Shown here: piece by piece, positions 20,336 to 30,212 of the stretch | Numbering within the stretch: position 1 is the stretch's first letter | Layout: each line of letters opens with the position of its first letter | Assembly: GCF_000829315.1 (NCBI RefSeq) | Contig: NZ_AP013028.1 | Coordinates: forward strand, 390,001-422,000 | Source: Wolbachia endosymbiont of Cimex lectularius | GTDB taxonomy: Bacteria > Pseudomonadota > Alphaproteobacteria > Rickettsiales > Anaplasmataceae | DNA: 32,000 bases | Direction: 5' to 3' | The notes under the pieces: model-generated | What the model was told of the DNA's origin: nothing | Databases searched by the model: none | Seen by the model: only the letters and a program-made list of their open reading frames with translations | Made by a program: the position numbers and the translations under genes

Positions 20336-20893
20336 TCACTTTACCAACGGCAGAGTAATACCGCACTGCTTCATATACTTTCCTTTCATGTCATCATATG
20401 ATTTTTCGCACTCGCTTTCACCACTTAAAAACACAAATTGGCACGCCCCTTCATCAGCGTAAATTTTTGCAGGAAGTGGAGTAGTGTTTGAGAATTCGAG
20501 TGTGACATGACCTTCCCATCCAGGCTCCAAAGGAGTAACGTTTACTATAATCCCACACCTTGCATAAGTCGATTTACCAACACAAATAACTAGTACATTC
20601 CTTGGTATACGAAAATATTCAACTGTACTTGCAAGTGCGAAGCTGTTTGGCGGAATTATGCATATATCTGTTTCCTTATCTATAAAACTATTCTCGGAAA
20701 AATTCTTAGGGTCCACCACAGCTGAATTGACGTTAGTAAAAATCTTGAATTTATTGCCAACTCTCGCGTCATACCCATAAGATGATAGTCCAAAAGATAT
20801 AACACCTTTACTGCTTTTGTGATCCACAAAAGGCTCTATCATTCCAAAGTTTTCAGCTTTTTCTTTTATCCATTTATCCGGCATAACCGCCAT
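20336..20893 (-). CDS. dcd: dCTP deaminase
   Basis: [64 protein letters not shown]. Confidence 0.95.
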   Translation of the reverse strand: MAVMPDKWIKEKAENFGMIEPFVDHKSSKGVISFGLSSYGYDARVGNKFKIFTNVNSAVVDPKNFSENSFIDKETDICIIPPNSFALASTVEYFRIPRNVLVICVGKSTYARCGIIVNVTPLEPGWEGHVTLEFSNTTPLPAKIYADEGACQFVFLSGESECEKSYDDMKGKYMKQCGITLPLVK

Positions 20894-21089
20894 AATTTTC
20901 CTCTAAAGTTGTGTAATACTTACAATAATATAAAATAAAATTTAAATGTAAACTACAGACCTAGCAACTTGCATTATTCCAGCATCAGTTAAATAACTGC
21001 ATGAATATTGTGATATAAGCTCCAAAGTGATATCATCCAAGTAGCCCCCATAATGCCATTCCAGCGCGTGACGCTGGTCAGCTATAAAA

Positions 21090-21550
21090 TTCAAGAAAAT
21101 ATTTAAGAAATTTACCAAGCGAGAAAAAAAGCAAAAGAAGCCCCGGTCGGTGGCTAATTATTTATATGTACCTCAAATATCGGCGTTTTTATCCTCAACG
21201 CTACGATTCAGCTACTTTTAAATGCAAATAACCAAAACTGTAAACGTTAAGAAATTTACTAAACAGGAAAAAGGGCAAAAAAACTCTAGGGCAGCTAGTA
21301 TTCAAATTCTCCCTTGTCTATTTGACGTTCTATACTGTCTTAAACGACTTATAAGAGCGTTTGAGCTTGTATAGGTAAAAACCAGAAGTTTTAAAAAGAC
21401 GTGAGGTGCACATAGTGCAAAAATTTAAACATGAGACGCCAAATACCCTAAGTTTTTTGTCATTAACCTGCACAAATTGCGAAGATAAATAAATAACTTC
21501 AGTATCATTATAAGGGTAACCGCGAAGGTTGTCAAGTAGTTTTTTTAGTT
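21090..21550 (+). repeat. ~450-bp interspersed repeat, copy 2
   Basis: Near-identical to 27943..28400 and inverse of copy 1. Confidence 0.93.
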
Positions 21551-21592
21551 CTGTTTCTATGGCCGGTGTTACGCATTGGAGTGACATAAATC

Positions 21593-22543
21593 TTGTGTTG
21601 TTTAAAAAGAGTGCTTAGGGCAGCAAAAAATATGACAATTCTCAGTATCATTGGAAGGTTTTGCTTAAAAATATATTTTATTTCATTTAGAATATCTTAC
21701 TTGGTTTGTTTATATATAGTGAATAAGTTACTACAGAAGTTTTACAGCATTATTTATTGTCTTTACCGTGCTTTGATTGACACAATTTATAATGACGGAA
21801 TGGAGCATGCTGGATATTTATCATTTTTAATCCTGTTGTCAATATTCCCTTTCCTCATCGTTTTAATAGCTTTAGCGTCAACATTTGCAAATTTCTTAGA
21901 CCAATATAACATTGGCTGGGCATTTATAATTGATCACATGCCACAGGACATTTTAGCATCCTTAATGCCGCGTATTAGGGAGATAATATCTGGTCCGCCA
22001 CAGAGTTTATTGACTTTGGCAATCGTGGGTGCTGTTTGGACAGCCTCGTCAACGATTGAAGGGCTGAGAACAATATTGAATAAAGCCTACAAAGTTCCAG
22101 TTTCGCCACCTTATATATTGAGAAGGGTGCTCAGTATATTGCAATTTTTGGTAATTACGCTTATTATAACTCTGACTATAGTGTTCTCTACATTAGTGCC
22201 AATGCTGATTGATTTTTCCTATCATGGGCTAAGTTATACTAAATATCTCCTCATCGAATTTGTACTCTTTATAGTGGTTTCCTGGCTATACTTTATGCTA
22301 CCCAGCGTAAAACAAAATATGTCAGATGTATTTCCTGGATCTTGTGTAGCTGTTATGCTTTGGACAGCTTCTGCTTCAGCTTTCAAACAATACCTAAAAG
22401 CTTCCTTTGGCCAATTGGACTTAATATACGGAAGTTTAGGTGGTGTGGTGGTGTCATTACTATTTTTCTATATAGTGAGTTTAATTTTTATATATGGAGC
22501 AAAGTTTAATTTTCAGCTAAAATGTCTTAATGAGTCTCGCTAA
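21593..22543 (+). CDS. YihY/BrkB-family inner membrane protein (start may be downstream of 21593)
   Basis: AGYLSFLILLSIFPFLIVLIALAS, SLLTLAIVGAVWTASSTIEGLRTILNKAYKV, SLGGVVVSLLFFYIVSLIFIYGAKFN. Confidence 0.88.
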   Translation: MCCLKRVLRAAKNMTILSIIGRFCLKIYFISFRISYLVCLYIVNKLLQKFYSIIYCLYRALIDTIYNDGMEHAGYLSFLILLSIFPFLIVLIALASTFANFLDQYNIGWAFIIDHMPQDILASLMPRIREIISGPPQSLLTLAIVGAVWTASSTIEGLRTILNKAYKVPVSPPYILRRVLSILQFLVITLIITLTIVFSTLVPMLIDFSYHGLSYTKYLLIEFVLFIVVSWLYFMLPSVKQNMSDVFPGSCVAVMLWTASASAFKQYLKASFGQLDLIYGSLGGVVVSLLFFYIVSLIFIYGAKFNFQLKCLNESR

Positions 22544-22552
22544 GGAGAAAGA

Positions 22553-23302
22553 ATGGGTAAGTTAGAAGGCAAAATAGCTTTAATTACCGGGGCTTCAGGT
22601 GGAATTGGGTCTGCTGTTGCAAAAAGGTTTGTAAAGGAAGGTGCGTGTGTAATTTTAATTTCAAGGTCTATTGATCATCTCAAGCCACTGTACAATGAAA
22701 TTGAGGAATTTGAAGAATTCAAAGAAGGCTCTGTTAAGCTAATTCAACTTGATCTTTTGGACTTTGAAAACGTAAAGATACTAACAAACATGATAGAAAG
22801 CCTAAAATTATCAGAGTCTGGGGCACTTGATATATTAGTTGCATGTACTGGAATTTTAGGTAAATTGAATCCTGTTCATGATTGTGAGCTTGAGGAGTTG
22901 CAGAATGTAATGAATACAAATTTTACTGCCAATTGGTACTTGCTAAAAAACTTGGATCCAATGCTGAAAAAATCTAATTCTGGAAGAGTGATATTCATGA
23001 CTTCAGAAGTAACACTTTCTCCTTCTTCTTATCCGTATTGGGTACCTTATGCTGCAAGTAAAGCTGCACTAGAAATCATGGTAAAGATATATGCATCTGA
23101 GACAAAACATACAAAGCTGTGCGCGAATGCTGTATATCCAGAAGGACCTGTTGACAGCGAAATGTACAAGCAAGCGTTTCCTGGAAAGGATACGCCTGAA
23201 CTAGTGCTGCCTGACAAACTAACAGACAAATTCGTGGAGTTAGCTTCTGAAGATTGTAGCGTATCAGGACAAATTTTACCATTGAGCAAATCTCTTGAAT
23301 AA
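22553..23302 (+). CDS. short-chain dehydrogenase/reductase
   Basis: ALITGASGGIGSAVAKRF, VACTGILG, YWVPYAASKAALE, NAVYPEGPVDSEM. Confidence 0.93.
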   Translation: MGKLEGKIALITGASGGIGSAVAKRFVKEGACVILISRSIDHLKPLYNEIEEFEEFKEGSVKLIQLDLLDFENVKILTNMIESLKLSESGALDILVACTGILGKLNPVHDCELEELQNVMNTNFTANWYLLKNLDPMLKKSNSGRVIFMTSEVTLSPSSYPYWVPYAASKAALEIMVKIYASETKHTKLCANAVYPEGPVDSEMYKQAFPGKDTPELVLPDKLTDKFVELASEDCSVSGQILPLSKSLE

Positions 23303-23359
23303 GTTGCACAACTGTACGAACATTATGACTCTAGCCTACCAAGAGGGTGTCATGAACTA

Positions 23360-25156
23360 CTAGTCATTTATCTTCAAAGCTTGAATAAAAGCATTACGCG
23401 GAATATTGACATTTCCTATAGAATGCAATCTTTTCTTACCTTTCTTTTGTTTTTCTAAAAGCTTCATTCTTCGCGTTACATCCCCACCATAGAGTTTAGC
23501 TGTCACATCCTTTCTGTATGGATTAATCGTTTCCCTGGCAATAATTTTGCTACCCACTGCTGCTTGAATTACAATCTTATATTGCTGACGTGGTATCAAA
23601 TCCTTCAAACGCGCACATATCTCACGTCCCCTTTTTTCTGCCCTACTTTTGTGAACAATGCATGCCAATGCATCCACAGGCTCTCCATTAACTAAAAAAC
23701 TCAATTTATCTATTTGACTTTCTCGATAATCGGAAATTTCCCAATCCAAACTTGCGTATCCCTTAGAAATCGATTTTAGCCTATCGTAAAAATCAAAAAC
23801 AACCTCAGATAGCGGTAACTTATACTTCATCAGTGCTGTTGTTGTGCTACCAACATAAGATAAATCTTTTTGCTCTCCCCTTCTTTCTTCACACAGAGAT
23901 AGAATTTCTCCTAAATATTGATCAGGTACCATTATGGTTGCAGTAATCCACGGCTCTTCCACCATCTCAACCTTTGTAGGATCTGGCATATCACTTGGAT
24001 TATGAATATTCAGAATTTCGCCATTCCATGTTGTAACTCTATATATAACACTCGGCGCGGTTGCCGTTAGGTCTAAATCAAACTCTCTCTCAAGCCTTTC
24101 TTGAATAACCTCAAGGTGTAACATTCCCAAAAAACCGCAACGGAATCCATAACCCAGCGCATTTGAGGTTTCAGCCTCAAAGGTAAAGCTAGCATCATTT
24201 AAATGTAGTTTTTCCAGCGCCTCTCTTAAATATTTAAAGTCATCTGTTTTGTTGGGAAAAATGCTACAGAATACCACAGGGTGCACTTCTTTAAATCCAG
24301 GAAGTGCTTCACTACAAGGCCTCTTTTCCTCGGTGATGGTGTTCCCTACCCTACAGTCTGCCACTTCTTTCATTGAAGCAGTTATAAAACCAACTTCACC
24401 TGCTGAAAGTTCACCAGTCATTACCTTTTTAGGAGTAAAAATACCGATATTATCCACCTGGTATGTGGCATTGTTGGACATCATAACAATCTTCATGCTT
24501 TTTTTTAGCACTCCATTTTTAACTCGCACTAAAATTACTACTCCCAAATAAGGATCATACCAACTATCAACTAAAATTGCCTGCAGTGGAGCGTTTGCAT
24601 CACCCTGTGGAGCTGGAAGTTTCGTCACTATTGCTTCCAGTACATCCCTTATTCCAAGTCCAGTTTTTGCCGATATTAAAACTGACTCGCTTGCGTCAAT
24701 ACCAATTACTTCCTCAATCTGAAGCTTTACCTTTTCTGGATCTGCAGCAGGAAGATCAACTTTATTGAGCACAACTATTATCTCATGATTATTATCAACA
24801 GCTTTGTACACATTCGCAAGAGTTTGAGCTTCAACTCCCTGGCTGCTATCTACCACCAAAAGTGAACCTTCGCACGCAGCCAAGCTTCGACTCACTTCAT
24901 ACGAAAAGTCAACATGACCTGGGGTATCCATAAGGTTCAAGCAATATTGATTCCCATCATTTGCAGTGTAGTTGAGTCTTACCGTCTGTGCTTTGATTGT
25001 AATTCCACGTTCGCGTTCTATCTCCATTGAATCAAGCACTTGATTGGTCATTTCCCTTGCCTCAAGACCATTACATTCTTCTATTAAACGATCGGCAAGC
25101 GTTGACTTTCCGTGATCTATATGTGCTATTATTGCAAAATTTCTTATATTATCCAT
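23360..25156 (-). CDS. lepA: elongation factor 4 (LepA)
   Basis: [71 protein letters not shown]. Confidence 0.98.
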   Translation of the reverse strand: MDNIRNFAIIAHIDHGKSTLADRLIEECNGLEAREMTNQVLDSMEIERERGITIKAQTVRLNYTANDGNQYCLNLMDTPGHVDFSYEVSRSLAACEGSLLVVDSSQGVEAQTLANVYKAVDNNHEIIVVLNKVDLPAADPEKVKLQIEEVIGIDASESVLISAKTGLGIRDVLEAIVTKLPAPQGDANAPLQAILVDSWYDPYLGVVILVRVKNGVLKKSMKIVMMSNNATYQVDNIGIFTPKKVMTGELSAGEVGFITASMKEVADCRVGNTITEEKRPCSEALPGFKEVHPVVFCSIFPNKTDDFKYLREALEKLHLNDASFTFEAETSNALGYGFRCGFLGMLHLEVIQERLEREFDLDLTATAPSVIYRVTTWNGEILNIHNPSDMPDPTKVEMVEEPWITATIMVPDQYLGEILSLCEERRGEQKDLSYVGSTTTALMKYKLPLSEVVFDFYDRLKSISKGYASLDWEISDYRESQIDKLSFLVNGEPVDALACIVHKSRAEKRGREICARLKDLIPRQQYKIVIQAAVGSKIIARETINPYRKDVTAKLYGGDVTRRMKLLEKQKKGKKRLHSIGNVNIPRNAFIQALKIND

Positions 25157-25220
25157 TGATGGCTATTCTACATATTTAAGTAGAACTATTTTACATTTGA
25201 AGTGCTGTAAGGGCAATTAT

Positions 25221-26618
25221 TTACTTTCCCTTCAACATAGACGACACCTGCTTCGAGTGAGAAACCACCTTATTAACCATATAGCTCTCATGATTATTAT
25301 CTATTTTAGACAATTCATATAGGTAATTCACCATCATTCCAGCCGACTGACTAATCCCCTTTTCAGAAACATCTGCCATCCAGTTTAGTTGTTTTATTGA
25401 TGCACCATTGCTGAAATGAAAATGCGCTACCGGATCATAAGCACCGCCACTACTGTTTTTAACCTTCAGCAAGTAATGTGCACAGAGCTTCAGCAAGCAT
25501 TGTTTTTCGCATTCAGTATTGGTTTTTAACTGCTCTATGCTTTCTAAAATTTCTGCACTAGATTGCTTTATATTCAGTTTACTCAATAAAGTAATGTCTT
25601 GGCTTAAACTTTCTTTCAGCCATTTTGTAAAGCCAGGTATTGGGGAAAGAGTTACGTATGTTTTTATACTCTTAAACTCCTGCGACAGCTTTTCCACAAC
25701 CCTTTTGATCAAAAAATTACCCAGGCTGATTCCAGACAACCCTGCTTGGGTATTTGATATTGAATAGAATATGGCAGTGCTTGCACTGCTTGGATCACTT
25801 GAAGGTACCGACTCATCTAAGAGATGTTGAATGCTATCTGCAATTCCATCCATCAATGCAACTTCTACAAAAATTAGAGGCTCGTTTGGTATTTTGTAAT
25901 GAAAAAAGGCAAAACATAGACGATCAGAATCCAGCCTGTTTTTTAAGTCACCCCAAGAAGAAATTTTATGCACAGCTTCATATTTTATAAGTTTTTCTAA
26001 CAACGATGCAGGTGAATCCCAGGTAATTTGACGAAGATCGAGTAGATCAACGTCAACCCAGGAGAGAAGTATGCTTTTCAATTCACTTTCTAGTCGATTG
26101 AGCTCTTTATATTGGTTCTTTAACTTAAGCACGTCAGAACGCATATCGACAATAAACTTAAGGCCTTCCGGCAAAGAAATAAATTGCTTCAATATTTTAG
26201 AACGTGGTGATTCAAGAACTTTTACCAAGTCTTGTTCAAATTTATAGTTTAATTCGGGATTCTGATTTTCCCTATATTCTTTTATTTTTTCATCTATTTC
26301 CGCTTTATTCAGACTAAATTTTTCTGCCAGGGTTTGCAGAAATTTTATTTTACCCTTCTCTGATAAACTTAAATACAGATTACCAAGAGATACGGTGTTC
26401 TTACGTGCTGAGACCTCCCCTCCCTTTGGGTTTAAGCACTCGTTCATCTTCAAGACTAAGCTATCAATATCGCGGCTATTGCTTAAATCAGGGCCAATAT
26501 TGCCAATCCACGATCTTACAGCATCTGCAACTCCACCAAATATCTTAAAAAAGCCACTTACTGCTTTCTTATCTTCAACTTGCGCTATATCAGTTTTAAC
26601 TAGTGATTCTTTCGTCAT
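25221..26618 (-). CDS. malonyl-CoA decarboxylase family protein
   Basis: DSIQHLLDES, ATAIFYSISNTQAGLSGISLGNFLIKRVVEKL, FKSIKTYVTLSPIPGFTKWL, GGAYDPVAHFHFSNGASIKQLNWMADVSEKGISQSAGMMVNYLYEL. Confidence 0.88.
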   Translation of the reverse strand: MTKESLVKTDIAQVEDKKAVSGFFKIFGGVADAVRSWIGNIGPDLSNSRDIDSLVLKMNECLNPKGGEVSARKNTVSLGNLYLSLSEKGKIKFLQTLAEKFSLNKAEIDEKIKEYRENQNPELNYKFEQDLVKVLESPRSKILKQFISLPEGLKFIVDMRSDVLKLKNQYKELNRLESELKSILLSWVDVDLLDLRQITWDSPASLLEKLIKYEAVHKISSWGDLKNRLDSDRLCFAFFHYKIPNEPLIFVEVALMDGIADSIQHLLDESVPSSDPSSASTAIFYSISNTQAGLSGISLGNFLIKRVVEKLSQEFKSIKTYVTLSPIPGFTKWLKESLSQDITLLSKLNIKQSSAEILESIEQLKTNTECEKQCLLKLCAHYLLKVKNSSGGAYDPVAHFHFSNGASIKQLNWMADVSEKGISQSAGMMVNYLYELSKIDNNHESYMVNKVVSHSKQVSSMLKGK

Positions 26619-26738
26619 AGATTTCTTTTACCGTACATCTATATTAAACCAAAGAAAAATCTTAGTCTATACAGCAGGCATCGTTATCAGATTATTAGTA
26701 ATTTTTATGATATAATTGTGTCAATGGAGAGTAATACT

Positions 26739-26811
26739 ATGGCAGAGGCAAAGGGAAATCCAATAGTTACATTGAAAGCCCAAGCTGAAAAGTTTGACTT
26801 CAGCAAACTAA
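26739..26811 (+). pseudogene. 5' fragment of an unidentified gene truncated by IS5-type copy
   Basis: MAEAKGNPIVTLKAQAEKFDFSKL runs into the IS left end. Confidence 0.55.
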
Positions 26812-27671
26812 GAACCTGTTTAAAATCTTGGAAATGTGAGGTAAAGTAAGCATAGATTAATAATGAGGTGTCTATGCAGAAAAGTTATCCAAGTAATATA
26901 AGTCAAGAGCAGTTTGAAAAAATCAGGCCAATTTTGGAGAGTAGCAAGCAGAAAACAAAACCAAGAAAACTTGATTTGTATGACGTATTTTGTGGGGTGT
27001 TGTACGTCTTAAAAAGTGGTTGTCAGTGGAGGATGTTACCAAAGGGTTTTCCAAGATGGGAAAGCGTATATTACTATTTTCGAGTGTGGAGTAAAAAGAA
27101 TGGAGAAGAGCCAAGCTTGTTGGAATTAGTCTTAAAAAAAATTAGTTGGAGAGGTCCGTATCAGCAATGGTCGGAAAGAGAAAACTAGCTTTTGTATAAT
27201 TGATTCTCAAAGCGTTAAAAACGCAGATACTGCTGAAAAAAAAGGCTATGATGCAGGTAAAAAGATTTCAGGGATAAAGCGCCATATTGCAGTTGATACA
27301 CAAGGTTTGCCACATGCAATTTGTGTAACAACGGCAGAAGCAACTGACCGTAGCAGTGCTGTGAAAATGGTCGAAAATGCTAAAGCAAACCTCTCTGAAG
27401 TTAAAAACATACTGGTTGATGCTGGCTACACAGGAGAAAATTTTGCAACACAAATAAAAGCTATCATTGGTGCGACTGTTGAAGTAATAAAGCGAAGTGA
27501 GTTACACACTTTCGTCGTATTGCCAAAAAGATGGGTTGTTGAACGCTCTTTTGCCTGGTTAGAAAAGTGCAGGCGATTGTGGAAAAATTGCGAGCGGAAG
27601 CTCAACACTAGCTTACAGATGATAGTCCTCTCCTTCATTTCTCTCCTGTTACGAAGATTTTAAACAGGTTC
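26812..27671 (+). mobile_element. IS5-type element, 860 bp, without matching target duplication
   Basis: Same ends and ORFs (26868..27188; 27307..27663); left flank TAA, right flank TTA. Confidence 0.94.
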
Positions 27672-27674
27672 TTA

Positions 27675-27741
27675 GACGTTTTACTTTCTCAAAATCACCA
27701 TTCTTAGCAGCATCAAGTAATTCAGTATTTAAATTGCTCAT
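27675..27741 (-). pseudogene. 5' fragment of probable ankyrin-repeat protein gene, cut by IS5-type element
   Basis: MSNLNTELLDAAKNGDFEKVKR with GGAGGTGGG upstream; style of ankyrin repeat start (LLDAAKNGD). Confidence 0.6.
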
Positions 27742-27942
27742 CCCACCTCCGTTGTAAAGTTGCATTATTATGGTAAAGTCATTAACAATCTATGAGCTCT
27801 GATGTACAACTACAAAAATACAAGAAGTTCTCGCGACCTTCGGTTTCGGGCGCTGGAAATTGTATGGTCCCAGAGTGTTACGCGCTGGAATGACAACATT
27901 TGTTGTAAAAACAAATGTTCGTTCATAAATTGCAACTAGCTA

Positions 27943-28400
27943 TAAATATTTAAGAAATTTACTAAATGAGAAAAAAAGCAAAAGAAACCCCGGTCGGTGG
28001 CTAATTATTTATATGTACCTCAAATATCGGCGTTTTTATTCTCAGCGCTACGATTCAGCTACTTTTAAATGCAAGTAATCAAAACTGTAAACGTTAAGAA
28101 ATTTACTAAGCAGGAAAAAAAGACAAAAAAACTCTGAGGCAGCTAGTATTCAAATTCTCCCTTGTCTATTTGACGTTCTATACTGTCTTAAACGACTTAT
28201 AAGAGCGTTTGAGCTTGTATAGGTAAAAACCAGAAGTTTTAAAAAGACGTGAGGTGCACATAGTGCAAAAATTTAAACATGAGACGCCAAATACCCTAAG
28301 TTTTTTGTCATTAACCTGCACAGATTGCGAAGATAAATAAATAGCTTCAGCACTATGATAAAAGGAATGGCGAAGGTTGTCAAGTAGTTTTTTGTTTCTA
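27943..28400 (+). repeat. ~450-bp interspersed repeat, copy 3
   Basis: Near-identical to 21090..21550. Confidence 0.93.
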
Positions 28401-28534
28401 TTGAATGACGGCTAGGGATTGCTCTCGAATTACAATTTGTATAGCTGTATTGTCGTCACACCTAAGTTGCTTTAATAAATTTTGATTGAAAAATAGTTTC
28501 TCTATTATATAAATGCTACTTTAGAGTAATCAAA

Positions 28535-29056
28535 ATGGAAGACAATAAATATAGCTTAGGTTTAAGGATTATTCATTGGTTGATGGCTGTTTTTATTATT
28601 GGTATGCTCTGCTCTGGATTTTATATGAAAAGCTTGCCAGTTAGCAATGAAATTAAGTTCAGCATATACGCTATTCACAAGGCTTGCGGGGTCACTGTTT
28701 TTGGGTTGGTCGTAATACGCATACTTTTTCGCGCCTTTACTTACGTTCCGCCACTTCCAGCAAATTTTTCTCGGCTTATAATCAATGCGAGTAAAGCAGT
28801 ACGCTTTGGTTTATATTCTTTGATGATACTAATGCCATTATCTGGTTATGTCATGTCTTCTGCCTCTGGTAAAGGGATCAAGTATTTTTTTCATATTCCC
28901 TTGTTGATCAGTAAAAACAAAGAGCTAGCGAGTGCTGTAAATGGGCTACATTCAATACTTGCGTACTTTATAATATTCTTTATAGTCTTGCATATACTTG
29001 CTGCTTTAAAACACACATTGATAGATAAGCAAAACATTTTTAAACGCATTATATAG
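28535..29056 (+). CDS. cytochrome b561-family protein
   Basis: LRIIHWLMAVFIIGMLCSGFYM, IHKACGVTVFGLVVIRILFR, four TM pattern with paired His (NGLHSILAY, LHILAALKH). Confidence 0.85.
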   Translation: MEDNKYSLGLRIIHWLMAVFIIGMLCSGFYMKSLPVSNEIKFSIYAIHKACGVTVFGLVVIRILFRAFTYVPPLPANFSRLIINASKAVRFGLYSLMILMPLSGYVMSSASGKGIKYFFHIPLLISKNKELASAVNGLHSILAYFIIFFIVLHILAALKHTLIDKQNIFKRII

Positions 29057-29061
29057 ATTAT

Positions 29062-30108
29062 ATGTTGAGCAATCTCTGGAAAAAAGGAACGGATTTTCTT
29101 GGTAGTGAGTTTGCAATAATGGGTGGTGCTATGAGCTGGGTCTCAGAAAGAAGCTTGGTTTCAGCAATCTCAAACGCTGGTGGTTTTGGCGTAATTGCAT
29201 GTTGTGCCATGTCTCCAGACTTACTGAAAAAAGAAATCACAGATACACAGAAACTGACTAGTAAGCCATTTGGCGTCAATCTAATCACTATGCACCCAAA
29301 CTTGAGTGAGTTGATAGATGTATGTATTGAAGCAAAAGTAAGCCACATAGTTCTTGCCGGTGGGTTACCGACAAAACCTAGTATAGAAAAAATCAAGAAT
29401 GTGGGCACTAAAGTTATGTGTTTTGCACCATCATTAAGCCTTGCGAAAAGGTTAGTGAAAATAGGGGTGGATGCCTTAATAATAGAAGGAATGGAAGCAG
29501 GTGGGCATGTAGGTCCAGTTAGCACTTCTGTTCTCGCGCAAGAGATATTGCCTTACTTTAAAAATGAGCAAACACCAGTGTTTGTTGCAGGTGGAATAGG
29601 AAGGGGCGAAATGATAGTGAATTACCTAGAAATGGGAGCAAGTGGTTGTCAAATAGGTACATTATTTGTCTGCACAAACGAGTCGATTGCCCACAAAAAT
29701 TTTAAGGAGGTATTTATTAAATCAGCCGCGCGTAACGCGGTTTCTTCTGTACAAATAAGTTCTGATTTTCCTGTAATTCCAGTAAGAGCCATAGCTAACA
29801 AAGCGAGCGATGACTTTGTGAAGCACCAAAGAGAAGTTATTGATAAGTACCAAAAAGGACAGATTTCAAAAGAAGATGGGCAACTTGAAATAGAAAAATT
29901 CTGGGCTGGAGCTCTAAGAAGAGCAGTGATTGAAGGAGATATTGAAACGGGATCTTTAATGGCAGGCCAAAGCGTTGGCATGGTTGATAAGGAAAAGCCC
30001 GTAAAAGAAGTGATAGATATGTTAATTCAACAGGCAAACAATTATATCGAAAACAAATCTGTAGAAGTGGAAAACTCAATCATTAGCAAAGCAAATATCA
30101 ACCAATAA
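29062..30108 (+). CDS. nitronate monooxygenase / 2-nitropropane dioxygenase-like flavoprotein
   Basis: PIMGGAMSWVSERSLVSAISNAGGFG-like start (AIMGGAMSWVS), ALIIEGMEAGGHVGPVSTSVLAQE, VFVAGGIGRGEMIVNYLEMGASGCQIGTLFVCTNES. Confidence 0.9.
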   Translation: MLSNLWKKGTDFLGSEFAIMGGAMSWVSERSLVSAISNAGGFGVIACCAMSPDLLKKEITDTQKLTSKPFGVNLITMHPNLSELIDVCIEAKVSHIVLAGGLPTKPSIEKIKNVGTKVMCFAPSLSLAKRLVKIGVDALIIEGMEAGGHVGPVSTSVLAQEILPYFKNEQTPVFVAGGIGRGEMIVNYLEMGASGCQIGTLFVCTNESIAHKNFKEVFIKSAARNAVSSVQISSDFPVIPVRAIANKASDDFVKHQREVIDKYQKGQISKEDGQLEIEKFWAGALRRAVIEGDIETGSLMAGQSVGMVDKEKPVKEVIDMLIQQANNYIENKSVEVENSIISKANINQ

Positions 30109-30212
30109 GCAAATCGCCGTAATCGTCCATAATAGGGCATAATCGCCCAGTTTTAATGTAAAATTAACACTGATGAGGTATCTATACATTTTGTTATGTA
30201 TGGAGGAATGCT

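Noticed and set aside
21330-21587. 85-aa minus ORF MSLQCVTPAIETELKKLL...
   Set aside because: Half lies in the 450-bp non-coding repeat and the frame is not kept in the other copies.
23734-25990. Plus-strand ORFs over lepA and malonyl-CoA decarboxylase
   Set aside because: Shadow ORFs opposite strongly supported genes.
5890-27638. Recurrent antisense ORFs in IS5-type copies (MALLHSFYSTLENSN..., [10 protein letters not shown]..., MCCKIFSCVASINQ...)
   Set aside because: They repeat only because the IS is repeated and lie opposite the transposase frames; no independent coding evidence.
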